The notes beneath the pieces are model-generated. The model had not been told where the DNA came from and ran no database searches. It was given only the letters and a program-made list of their open reading frames with translations. Positions 35,695 to 48,075 of a DNA stretch of 64,000 bases are shown here, in pieces. The translations under genes and the position numbers were made by a program. Every line of letters starts with the position of its first letter. The stretch's first letter is position 1. The DNA comes from Paraspadella gotoi (taxonomy: Eukaryota > Animalia > Chaetognatha): the NCBI GenBank assembly GCA_051294375.1, contig CM119270.1, forward strand, positions 13,381,861-13,445,860, given 5' to 3'.

Positions 35695-36086
35695 GTTACT
35701 TTCTCGAATGGCGTCGAAAATTATTCTAGTTTGAATACTTAATAACCAGCATATGCGGACTTAAAAATAAAATTTCAACAACACACTTTTCCTTTAACTT
35801 TCTGGGGGTCGCCTTTTCAGACACACGGCCAGTACAACGCGACCGATTTTTAATAATAAATCTCAGAAGCTAAAAAAAAATATTTTAGTATTATTATTAT
35901 TAAGCTTACACTATATTCTTTTCAGATTTTGACGAATGCACTATGCGCTTCCATCTGGTCTTACAATTAGCCTATCCAAATATCTACAGCAATTAAGGTA
36001 TCACGCGATAAATTCTATAAAACCTCGACCTTAGACGAACTCAACCCAACCCAGGGTAAGTTTGACCTCAACTCCCGCCGCCTGCA

Positions 36087-37226
36087 ATGGGCTCGTCCGG
36101 TTTCACCGCCGGCGTCGTCGTCGAGTTCGTCTTCCGTCACATCTTCTTCGTCGTCTACATCATCACCGCCGCGGTGCAGACTTACTTCTATTCTCTGGCG
36201 GAGTTTAACAAGTGAGATCGAAACCTTGAACTATTTTTAAAAAGAGAGAAAGATTTAATTGACTAGAGAAAGCTGATGTGAACTTGCTAGATGTACATGT
36301 TTCGTTAATTTTAGTCTGATATAATAAGTAGTTTGAAATTTTGGATTTGTTAGAAATGACAAACAAACTTCTTGACTAAACGTGACCATTTCATCCGTCA
36401 AAACCATCAACCCATCAACCTCACTTCGCGACCCTCGCCGCCCTTTTTTCCAGCGACTGGTACTGGGCAACCCTTGGCCTCTTGCTCGCCCACCTGTTCT
36501 GCGACCGATTCCCCTCCTTCGTCTGGTTGTTGGTCGAATGGAATCGAATGCGCATCACCAAGGGTCTTCCCCCGCTGCTCTTGAGGGTGGGGGTCACGAT
36601 TTTGTGGCCTTTCGTCGTACCTTTGGGTAAGTCACGAACATTGGCGAAGGTAAGTTGTCTTCAGTTAAATAATCAGCTTTGGATAACGCTGATGCACAAT
36701 GCTGCGAGCCCGTTCCAACAGACTGCAACTGACTGCATGGCGACACGTTGGGAAACGAGCGTCTAGTCATCCGCGCTAATATCTTCTCCGAACGATTGTG
36801 GTTTTTTTACTTCAGAACCTATAATTTGTTCTTAACTTCTTATTATTCCACAATCTCTTTATTCTACAATGTTACAATTCTTCAATCTCCATATTTAATG
36901 TTCTTCCTAAGTCTTATCACTTCACATTCCTAACTTCCATGTATTCCTCCATGTTCCCCACTTACCTCTTACTTCTTTTTCTCCCTTCACCCTTCACAGA
37001 CTTCGTTATCCTCGTCGTGCAAAACCGCATCGAGGGTCTCCGGTCCGGACGGCGACGCCCCGCGGACGACACGCTTCGGGAGATCGACATTCGGAGGGAG
37101 GCCATGCCGAAGAGTCTGAGGGACAAGTTCACCAAGAAGAACAAGAGGAGGAAGAGGAGGAGGAGCGATTCCATGAGGGAGATAGTGGAGGCGGAGGAGA
37201 CGGAACACCAGTGAGGGGGGGGGGTG

Positions 37227-37277
<51 letters not shown>

Positions 37278-40039
37278 AAATGAGAAAAAGAAAACACCAC
37301 ATACTAAGTAAATAAAAAAAAGATATAAAAAGTAAGACAAGAAAGACAAAAAAATAAAAACAACTCGCACAACTCAACCCCCTGACTCCTTTCTCCCCCC
37401 CCCTCTACCCAAGTTCCCCCTCGCGCGGAGCCTTCGACGCCTGCAGCTGCGAGTGTCTCTGTCCCTGCAGCGCCTGCCACCCGCCTGACGGCGCCAGGGG
37501 AAACTGCAACGACTGCGTGCTGAAAGCGTCGATGAGATTCTGTGTGGAGAAAGCCTGCAAATGGTGCGCTGAGGTGGCCGAGGATGGAGAGAAGAAAGCA
37601 TGGGAAAAAGAGACTGGTTATTGCAGGTATAATACATTAGGATATAGTTTCATACACATACTGCTGTTAACTAAAATAATAAAGCTGAGAGAAATAGACT
37701 AGATTTTTGTCTGACACACAGTTGGATAAAATTGAGAGGATGAAAGAGATTTTTCACAATATTTTGGAAACGAATCTGTATTTTTAATTTATTCATTGGC
37801 TTAGATATGATAGAATAAATAAGCCTGGTAAATTCAAAATATCTTCATTGTCATCGTCGTTCATTCTACGCTTGAATCAACCACGAAGCTGCCCCGTATG
37901 CCGCTGCAACAACATCAAATGCGCTTTCAAGTGGAGATGCACCTGCGAATCATGCGTCGAGAGAAAGAGACTCCTAGCGACGGGATACGAGTCTCTTCAA
38001 TCGTCGGAACGGAAGGTTCAACAAATGAACAACGTTACAAAATGCAAACCGTGAGTGTCGAAGGATGTCCAATCAACATTTTTCCACCCGCTTTAATTTA
38101 GTTTAATAATAGTTAAAATAAATTTAATCTTTTATCATTTTTTTCACATCAAACGAAGATTCGGTAGGACCCTACCAAAATGTCCTTCCGATTCTCGATG
38201 CCCGACACAGATTCCATAAATCTCTCTTCATTCCCCAACGCAGATGCGGCTGCACCTGTCAGGCCTGTTTGAACAACAACTGCAAGAAATGCACGATTCG
38301 TTCCACGGAACGAACCTTCATTCTCCGCGGATCCAGAAAGCGAATCACCAAGTTGATTCCCTGCAATTGCGAAAAGTGCCGGAGAGTCAATCTCGATCCA
38401 ACAGCCTGCAAGTGCAACCGTTGCGCCTGCAGAAGATGTGAAAGTCCCAAAAAAGGTGAGCGGCTCCTCGGCCACCGACGCATATCATTGAGAAAACACG
38501 CCAACCGTTTCATTCATAACGCGTCCTTCTGAGAGGCCGTGTTGGCCGTCTGTGTAGAGAATGTTTATCATTTTCTCCTCTCGATTGGACGCGCGTTCGG
38601 GACGACGGTCGTCAGATAAACTGGCTTCAAAAACGAAGCAGTATTTTCGAGATCTTGAAGGGTCGAAATATTAGAATCGCTATGCAAACTGACTTAACTT
38701 TAAAGAAGAACCTTTTTTTTCCAATTTCTCAGTGAAATTCAACATCTTCAACAAGGATTGTACCTGCAAAGTCTGTACGGTAAGTGGCCATTTTATTAAA
38801 AAATTAGTTATCAGTGTGGTAAGTAAGCTCAAAGGAACCGTCCTCACTTTTCCTCGCCTCCGATAGGAACGCAACGACTACCTCCTTCGAAAAGCCGCAG
38901 TCGTCACTTCCCTCAATCGGAAAACGGAGGAGATTCTGACGAGCGGTTCCAAGTGTCAGCGGCGCCGACCCAAGTTCAGCGGGAAAGGCGGAGAGTGCTT
39001 CGACTGTATGAGGACCGAAGTGAAGCACGAGAGGCGAAAGCACGAGAACCGCGTCGTCAAGTTTAAGAGCACCTCGGAGATCTTGCTGCGGGAGCTCTAT
39101 CAGATCTCCAAGTGCGACTGCAGGAAATGCTCCAAGGCGGCGCCTTGCGGATATCACAGGTGATCTTTGTTTTGCGAAAGGGATCACTGATCTAGACAAA
39201 ATTGGGAGGGAAGAAGTGCTTCGGTAAAGCCTTTGTTATTTGCCTCAGAAACGATCAGCTATTGTTAAATTATACGCATTTAAAAAAGTAGAGTTTTATT
39301 CATAAATAAATAAATATATATATAAAAAACAAATGATTGAATTTCTCTCCCTCTTCCAAAAAGAGAAAGGAAAAGTACAGAATAGCAACAGTGAAGTTTA
39401 ATATGTTCTTTGTAAAGTTCCCTTTTTAAACATTTTTACGAGATATCTTGATACACTAAATATAATTTAACCTGGATGATTCATATTATTGAACAATGTT
39501 CAATCTATACTTTAAGTCAATACGATTAGTTGCCTCTCAGTTCGAGAAATAAGTTAATTACACAAGTTTGACCAATTTACGATCTAAATTTGCAGTGTTT
39601 TGTAAAACCCGTTTTTAATGTTCTACCGTTCGTTTTACTGTTCGTATTACTGTTATCCACTTTGCGTTCCGTAAAACCACTGTGGCCCAAGGTCCTCGGA
39701 CCCGCTGAATGAATAAATACAATACAATACAAGACAATACATCTCCTCCAGAGTTTTGGTGAACCAGTGCGAAAGTTGCAAAGCGCGAGCGCAACTCAAC
39801 GCGGACATCAACGAAATGGAAAACGACTTGAAGATAATGGGAATTCCGAAAGCCATCGTTTGTCTCGCAGAATTTTGCGTTCAGGTCAATGTTTGTTTTT
39901 ATTAATACACGCAATATTAATTTCGGGGTTTTTTTTTTCTGTTGCGAAAATGAATATATTCATCTCTACAGATTTGGCCTAAACCCTTCTTGTTTTCGTC
40001 ACCATCATCATTATAATCCTTCACATCATCATCATCATG

Positions 40040-40071
<32 letters not shown>

Positions 40072-40072
40072 G

Positions 40073-40106
<34 letters not shown>

Positions 40107-42904
40107 ACATCGTCGTCTCTCTACTCTCTCTACTTTATAGGCCTACGCCGCGGCGGCCGCGGGTTTCGTAACCCTCAATCACTTTATCTTTCTTTGCTCG
40201 TTGGCGCTGTATTGCAGCACCACCATCTTCGCCATCTTTCAACTGAGACGCGCCATTCTGATGACGTGGTGGCAGAAGGCCGCCTTCTGGCTCAATATCT
40301 TCTGGTGATTATCCCTTTGCTTTTACTTATACTAAATGCCAGCATTTGAGACAGCCAAAGGCCTTCAATTAGAGAAAAAGATTGGGTGGTTAATTATTTG
40401 TTTAACTAGTTCAATCTTTTTTTTTTTTTTTTTTTTTTGAGTAATTGATAGATTTTTTGATTTATTAATTTATTAATTTATTTATTCTTTCAATCATCCA
40501 TTCATTCATTCATTTATTCATACATTCATTCATTTATCTAATTTTTTTATTTATTTATTTTAGGGTGATTAGATAGACCTCTTGAATGACTGTTTGATTG
40601 ATTGACATACATTTTTTTAAAAATTGTTTGAAAAGATTTTTACTAAATAGATTTTTTTTCAAATTTTGATTTAATGATAGTTTACCTTCTCCCTTCCAGC
40701 AAAGTGGTGATCGGCGTTGTCCCCATCTCCCTGATTCTCGCCGACGCCTCCATCACGTCTTCAGTCAAACTCATCTCCGTCGCCCTCTTCCCCGCTTTCC
40801 TCTTCCAGATTCTCCTCTTCCTCATCTCCGGTCGAAGGGTGAGTTAGAAATCCGGGTGAGTGGAGTGAGTGAGGTATGTCCTCGACGGTCGAAGGGTGAG
40901 TTAGAAATCCGGGTGAGTGGAGTGAGTGAGGTATGTGATCGACGGTCGAAGGGTGAGTTAGAAATCCCAGTAAGTGGAGTGAGTGAGATATGTCCTCGAT
41001 GGTTGAAGGGTGAGTTAGAAATTCCGGTAAGTGGAGTGAGTGAGATATGTCCTCAATGGTTGAAGGGTGAGTTAGAAATCCGGGTGAGTGGAGTGAGTGA
41101 GGTATGTTCTCTCCGGTCGAAGGGTGAGTTAGAAATCCCGGTGAGTGGAGTGAGTGAGGTATGTCCTCTCCGGTCGAAGGGTGAGTTAAAAATCCCGGTG
41201 AGTGGAGTGAGTGAGGTATGTCCTCCATGTCACCGTGATTGGGACTTGATTGGCGCTTCCCTTCCTCGGATGTTGAAAAGACCAGAGTTGAAAATTCTTG
41301 AGATAAATCGAGATGATGAGTCTAAAGATACTTTGTTTTATATAGGATGAATTGTTTTAGGTAAAAATGTTATATTTTGTGTCTTTAAAAATTTAAATTT
41401 TGAATTAAACATTGGCCTTTCTGCTTCCAAATGCATCGAACCCTTCACCTGTAAGAGATGAATAATTATTGAATATTCAGTATGATCTTAAATGAGATTG
41501 AATTTCTGAATCTCATTTACATATTGTAGTATTAAATCTAAATGTGTCAGGTGCGCCTGGGACTTCGAACCCTCGTCGCCTTCATCAACCTCATCTTGGC
41601 CGCCGCCTGCCTCTTCCTTCAATATCAGGCGCGATACAAAAAGTTTGGGAATCCCTCGGACTTTCAGGGCGTCGAGGTTAGAGGAGTTGTTGTTGTTATT
41701 GTTGTTGTTGTTTTGTTTTTTATTTTGGGCGTCTTTTTAAATCTCCTATCGTCACGTGATCGGATAGCTTGTTTTTATTTTTAGCAATTTTTTTCGCTGA
41801 TTATCATTGTTGATCGACATTTGCATAATTTTTTTTTGACGAAAAATGAAGTAATGTCATAATGACGAAAGGACCAGAGGTGACTAAAATGACATTAAAT
41901 GACATAAAAGATAAAATGATCTATCAGAACCAAACTTGACTAAAATGACCTAAATGACAAAAGATGACACGAAATGACAGAAATTCATGAACTGTATATT
42001 TTGATAGTTTTGGAAGGCTTTCGTATTTTTCAATTTGATTTTTTTCTTAATTCTTTTTTCATTACCCCTCCTGCCTTTATTCACCTACCTCCCAACTGCC
42101 TATGCTCTCTTTTCTTAACGCTCCACCAAATTAAATCATCATATAAAAAGTAAATCTAAAATGGTGAAATAAAACTTTTAAAAAAACCGAATCAAAAGAT
42201 ACGAGACATGATTGAAACTTCTACAATATGTAAATGAGATTTAACAACTTCCCTGCCACTCCCCCTCCCCTTAGAACCCCGCCGACTTTCCCCTCGACGT
42301 CTACCAAAACCGCAGCGTCGGCCTCATCTACGGAATTCAAGAGCCGACGAATTTCTACGTCAAAAGCGGCACCGGATTCTGCGCCAACAACGTCACGCTC
42401 CTCTTGACGGGGACGCGAATCGACGTTCTCCCCGGCGCCGTTCGCAACGCCACCTCCGTCTTCAACGCCACGTTCGAAACCGTCGCTTCGAGCGTCGGTC
42501 CTCCGACCTTGGTCAACGCGACTTCCTTCACGAACGCCACGGGCGTCAACGGCACCACCGCCGCAACGCTCACCACCGCCAACACGACCGTCAACGCGAC
42601 GACGCCGCCGCTGATCTACGACCCAGACACGCTGCTGGTGGCGCCGGTCGACAGCGCCGTCTATTTCAGCTGCTTCCTCTCCCTGCACGACGGCTACATG
42701 ATCCTCGTCCGCTGCTTTTACGCTGCGCTGTTCTTCTCCCTCGACTTCGTGCCGCTCATCCTCTTCGTTTATCCCTGCGGCCGGTTCGGGTCGCTGGAGA
42801 GAGCGTTGGGGCTGGACTTGGACAGGGTCACCTGCTATTTTCTCCCGCTGATGTCCTTCTTCATGCTGATGTACGTCATCGCCGTCGAGTTTCACGTCAC
42901 GTGA
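36087..42904 (+). CDS. Multipass membrane protein (~875 aa) with XK/Xkr-like N-terminus, large Cys-rich CxCxxC cytoplasmic insert and N-glycosylated Thr-rich loop
   Basis: Thirteen exons join without frameshift: 36087-36211, 36454-36626, 37000-37210, 37414-37626, 37889-38050, 38244-38455, 38733-38779, 38867-39159, 39752-39884, 40141-40304, 40700-40838, 41551-41676, 42275-42904. About 10 hydrophobic segments. The XK assignment is by eye and less certain than the gene model. Confidence 0.85.
40005..40110. repeat. (CAT)n intronic microsatellite
   Basis: About 30 CAT units lying upstream of the acceptor at 40140. Confidence 0.95.
40826..41225 (+). repeat. 57-bp tandem repeat x7 spanning an exon end and 5' splice donor
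   Basis: Unit ctccggtcgaagg|gtgagttagaaatccgggtgagtggagtgagtgaggtatgtcct; a 19-aa periodicity is visible in ORFs 40761-41228 and 40856-41350. Confidence 0.95.
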
Positions 42905-42945
42905 AGAGAAGAGGAGTGGGCGGGTTTAGGGGGGGTGGCAGCGGA

Positions 42946-42982
<37 letters not shown>

Positions 42983-43124
42983 GGGTGGAGGTGAGGGTAA
43001 GTAAGGGTAAGGCGCGGTTGGATCATATTAAGAATCTCAGAAAAGACGATCGTTTCCTTTTTTTTATTCAAAGGAGCAAAATACTATGTATATCATTAAA
43101 AGTTATGTTTTCTAAGGCTGCATA

Positions 43125-43725
43125 ATGTGTGCATATTAGAGCGTAGTGAAAGTTACGTAAGAAAATTCTAAATGTTAATTATGAACAACATACCATCAGT
43201 GAACATTAATTTGTAAAAAAAATTAATTTTATGTTTTTTTAATTAATTTTATGTTTTTTTAATTTTCAAAATAGGCTTTTCCTACTTTTTATTGCAGATT
43301 TGATTTTCTTGTCAAAAGTTGAAAAAAGAAAATATAACTCATTTGTAAAAAATCTTTCATTAAGTCGGTTAAAAATTAAAAAAACTATATTTAATATATA
43401 AAAAAATAATTTTCAGCTTAAAATATAGCTTTTTCTGATTTTTGACTTACTTAATGAAGGAATTTTTTAAAAAGATTTATATTTCTTTTATCACTTTTTA
43501 TGCGAATCCAAATCTGCCAAAATATCTTTAAAAAATCTGTTTTGAAATTTTAACATTTATTGAATTAGTACTATGTATAAATATGGCCTACTGCGTAAAT
43601 TGTAAAATTTATAATTAATTTTTTATTACATAAATGTTATTTAGTATAATGTTGTTCGTCTCTCACTTTTAGAATTTAATTAAAGTTATATTTAGAAATT
43701 TTTCTACGCCTTAGTGCATATTATC
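43125..43725. mobile_element. AT-rich imperfect palindromic MITE-like element (mirrored copy at ~60810-61425)
   Basis: The left end tgcatattagagcgtag..aaattctaaa..gaacaacata matches the reverse complement of the right end aatgttgttcg..ttttagaattt..ctacgccttagtgca. Confidence 0.5.
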
Positions 43726-43879
43726 GAACAATTATTTAAACCGCTTTTATGTATTTAATTTACCTGTCAATGTGTGCAATATTTTTTTCGTGGTATCGGC
43801 GAAATAATAAATTCGATTTCTTTCTGAATAAAATTTGAAAAAAACCTTTCATCCATACTATTTTCTCTGTGTTTCATAT

Positions 43880-44214
43880 CACGCAGAGAATGGTTATCAA
43901 GTGGCTTGTCTCTCTGCTTCTTCTCTTCCGTCTTTTTATTCTGATTGACCAATCAGAGAGGAAAGGCTTGCTCCTCAGGAAAAAACCGACGGCCCAGAGA
44001 AACGAGAGAGGGAACTGGATCACTCTTCAACTTACCTTCAAGAAACAAACATCAAACTCCTTATGGACTATTTGTTATATTGTTTATTTGCCTGCCTTTT
44101 TCTCTGCATAATCTACATATTTGGTATGTTAATTATTATCATCCAAGTGTTCTTATTGTCAATAAAAACTCCTCCTATTTCTCACTTAATAAACCCGCCT
44201 GCTTCCTTTCGTTG
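43880..44214 (+). repeat. 5' LTR of the non-autonomous element
   Basis: Colinear with 47038-47371; contains AATAAA near its 3' end. Confidence 0.8.
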
Positions 44215-47037
44215 TGGTGACAGGACTTGGATTTAGACTCAACCACGCTCCTAAGAAGACCACTCAAACCAAAATTACGGCTACCTCCATCAAAAAACAA
44301 AAAAAACGCTAACCGCTAGCAAAAAGAATTACATCATACTACATAAACCTGCCGAAATTGGACTACTACTCAAAAAAAAAAAAAAAAAAAAAGATTTAAC
44401 CAAAAATTTTCTTAAAGTTAAAGAAAAACGAGACCCAAAAAAAGAAGTTATAATTATAAGAAATAAAAACAAGACTGAAAATTTAAAAAAAGCAATACCC
44501 ATTTTGCGAATTCCAGGAAGTGCGTTAAAACGTAGCCTGAGTGCAAAAAAAAAAAAACCCGAAAAAAAAAAAAAAGCCCAAAAACCTCGAATCTCTCAAA
44601 AAAGGAATATCTCCAGAAAATTAAATTTAAGCTACGTAAACAAAAAAACATTTCTTCAACAATTAAAGCTCTTACAAACAATCCTATATGTCCCAGACTA
44701 GTGAAAATAGAAGTTTAAATATTACAATGAACGCCCCTTTACATTGGATTCTTAGAAAATAACGACGCCAAAAACTTACAAGATAGCCTACCACGGACTT
44801 TCCCCAATGAACATGTGTTTCTCTCTGAGCCGCGTCGTCACGTGACCCCAGCATTGCCCGCCAACACAAAAGACAACTCCGATTCGCTCTCTGTTAATCC
44901 TAGGTTCAAAGCCCACGCCGAGTCGCGACAACAACACAACAAACCTCCCTCTGTCTCTGTCCTCTCTCCCTTTTTGAATCCCGCTAAGAATGCTCCTAAC
45001 AACATAAAAAACCGGTACCAGAAAAGAACCTGCAGAACGGCAAACAATGGCCATCCGGACCAAATGAAAAAGTCAATTTGAAAATGCAGCTTCTAAGCTC
45101 ATTTCTCACCCACCTGCACCCTACTCTATTCCGCGGCCGAATAAGCAATGAAGAAATGAAATAATTTTTAAGAAATGCCGATCTCTACTACAAGTACTTT
45201 TCAAAGCCCCTCAACATTGTGATGGACCACACAATAGGAGTAATAAACTATTTTCAAAAAAATAACTTAACTCATGAGGCCCGACTTTCATTTAGAAGCC
45301 CATAGCACCTCTTATGATCTTCAAATTGAATCACAAACCAAACTTGGCAAATGGATATCGTACGCCATTCAGCTCTAAGAAGAACTCCACAACTGTGAAA
45401 ACATGTTATTTGATCAAGGGCCATAAAAAAAAAACTATGATTTGTACATAAGGTGGCTATGACATTGAAGATGGCATCATTTTTAAAGCTGAATTTTGAT
45501 CGTTTATCCCGAGAAAAGAAAAGAAAAGAGAAAAGATAAAAGAAAGGATAGAAGAAAAGAACATGAAAGAAGAAGAATAGAGGAAAGACGTTTTAGCAAG
45601 GTGAATTATTCCATGGCACAATTTAAAGTACCAAACCGTTAAAATCTGAAGGTACTGAGGACGAAGATAAATGTAAAGATGAAGTAAGAAACGATGTAGA
45701 ACAAAGACACACGAGGAAGGAAAAGAGCATGCGAATCAACTAGCCAGCAAAAACTGAGAAGAACAAAAACAGGCAATATCACGCCAAGAAACTTACCATA
45801 AGAACAGGTATTGCCGAAAATATTTCTCTGGGCGCACCTGAACTAAGAAAAGAAAAAGGCCAGCACTCTCCTGCTAACAAACACTCAACTAAACAAACCA
45901 TAAGGATTCAGAATAACAACAGATGCCTTACAATCCAATATACACTTTGCATTGACAATTTCAACACAAAAGCAGATAATCCCCAACCATTTTAATATAG
46001 CAGAACAAAAGATACAAACAATAAAGAGCTAAGACATTAAAAGAACAACAAAGCAAAACATTTAAAAGACGAGTTTCAACAGCAAACAAAGGATCCCCCA
46101 AATAGCATTACAATGGCAACACAAACTGATGACCCCGAAATAGCAATACAATGGCAACACAAACTGATGAACGCACCCAAATAGCAAGTACAATGGTCAG
46201 ACACAAACTGAGGAACCCCCAAGGCAAAATCTAGGTTCTAACCTGCTTCTCCAATTTGATTGAAACTCTTTCAGAATACCCTGGAGAAATTTCTAATTTA
46301 TACCAAACTGATGCAAGCTGATGCAAAACTGACCTTGCAGCACTGCAAAAAAAATGTGAGAAGCATTCGACGGCAACAAGTCAACAGTCAAATCAATGAA
46401 GCAACTGTTTTGTTTCATTCAAACAACAAAATAAGAAATCTCCCACAGCAACAACCAATGTCTGCTTCCCAGGGGGCAAAAACTGGAGGATAATTCAGCC
46501 CATAAGAAGACCAGCTGAGAAAACTCACTTACTGGAAGTGACAGCCTTAGAAAATATGTAGTAAGACAATTCAAAAAATTACAAGCAGGCATGAGGCAGA
46601 AAGAAAGGTTGGAGAAAGAAAAGAAACAAAAATAAAACAAGCAGATCCTGTCAGAACCATCCAAAACTGATGGATCTTAAGAATAAAACCACATCATATC
46701 CATGCCAAAACCTAACAACACAGTTAACAACCAGGCTAAACCCAATGCCAAAACCTAGAAGGCACTACATGTTTCTCCAAACAATGGGTCGATTTAAATC
46801 CCTTTCATCACAATCACTACTGGATGAACAAAACAATACCTCCCATGGTGGACTTTCAACTTCTCCACATCCCACAGCCTCTTTATCCACACGTGAGGTG
46901 GACGCTATGAGCTTGACAAGGGCCAATATACAGACATAGAAGATGGATGAATAGAGACTTAGGATAAAATGAAACGCTCGGATCTCAATTCTCAGATGAC
47001 AGGGACGAGAATGGTCTCGCAATGGAGGGGGGGTTGA

Positions 47038-47371
47038 CAACGCAAGAATGGTTTTATCAAAAGTGCGCGCTCTCTTGGCTTCTCCGTCTGTGTTATCTGA
47101 AATTGAGCCATAGAGAGGAGGCTTCTCTCAGGAAAACCGACGCAGAGAACGAGAGAGGGAACTGGAGTGAGGCGTGCGCCGGGCTTATCCTTCAAGAAAA
47201 ACATCAACTCTTATGGACTATTTGTTAATATTGTTTTAATATGCCTGCTTTTCTCTGGCATAATCTAGCATATTTTGTATGGTTAATTATTATCATCCCA
47301 AACGTGTTCTTTATGTCAATAAAACTCCTATTATCTCACTTAATAAACCGACCGTCCTGCTTCCTTCGTTG
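47038..47371 (+). repeat. 3' LTR of the non-autonomous element
   Basis: Follows the PPT and ends cgttg before the ATAT duplication. Confidence 0.8.
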
Positions 47372-47799
47372 ATATGAAATTGGTACAACCAATATAAAAA
47401 TTAACCATTCATTTAATAAATAAGCTATCTTGCCCCTGACTTTGGACAGGCTCTGGTGGTTTAAGGCCTCCATCACTCTTACAAGATAATGACATAGCAG
47501 GTCCCTGCAAGCTCAAGAATCTCTCAGAGTCTCGTTTATTCACTCCCAGAGTCCCTGGCTTCCCTATATATTAAATATGACCTTAAAACGAAATAACGTT
47601 ATAACAAATGTGTGTTATCATTTTTCTTACAGTTTAGCGACTATGACGTCATATTCTAAGTAAAATTTCATGAACTACATTTTGCATCTAAAATACAACA
47701 AATCCTGATAAATCATCAACCTTAAAGGAATTTTCTTTACTGATAATAATGATACTAAATCAAAAAAATATTTTGTTTTTGACCAGTTTTTCCCGCCAG

Positions 47800-48075
47800 A
47801 TGTCTCTCTTCTTCCGCCATCCACCGACAGCAAAGAGCGAGTTAACGTTTTGTACATCTTCTTCTTCCTCCTCTTCCTTCTCCACCAATTTACTTGCTTC
47901 TTCCTCTTCTAACTCGGCTACTTCATTCATATATTCCTTACCTTCTCTTTCTCCCACTACGACTTCTTCTTCTTCTTCTTCCTCTTCTTCCTTTTCCCAG
48001 GGCATGCGCTCAAAATGCGACATCCGGGAACTCCATCATACAAACGAAGAGAAGAAAGTGGAAGATGCGTGCTAA
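47800..48075 (+). CDS. Probable two terminal exons of the membrane-protein gene (~47800-47839 and 48001-48075)
   Basis: If GT at 42901 is a phase-2 donor (it is followed by G/GA-rich sequence typical of intron starts here), acceptors cccgccag|47800 and ttttcccag|48001 give ...CPLFFRIHRQQRA/GMRSKCDIRELHHTNEEKKVEDAC*. The first exon was reconstructed using the inverted copy. Confidence 0.5.
   Translation: MSLFFRHPPTAKSELTFCTSSSSSSSFSTNLLASSSSNSATSFIYSLPSLSPTTTSSSSSSSSSFSQGMRSKCDIRELHHTNEEKKVEDAC

Larger units (their letters stand above)
43880..47371 (+). mobile_element. ~3.5 kb non-autonomous LTR retroelement (LTRs ~335 bp, degenerate gag-like interior, no recognisable pol)
   Basis: Direct repeats 43880-44214 and 47038-47371. 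PBS-like TGGTGACAGGACTTGGAT at 44215 resembles the tRNA-Leu complement TGGTGTCAGGAGTGGGAT. Polypurine tract GGAGGGGGGG at 47024-47033. ATAT on both flanks. The empty site is present in the inverted copy at ~60640. Confidence 0.8.

Noticed and set aside
39889-40140. Poly-His ORF as a metal-binding peptide
   Set aside because: It is an intronic (CAT)n microsatellite between phase-matched exons ending 39884 and starting 40141.
40761-41228. Minus-strand 19-aa repeat protein, or CRISPR-like array
   Set aside because: A pure tandem 57-bp minisatellite without unique spacers; the ORF is a by-product of unit length, and the context is eukaryotic.
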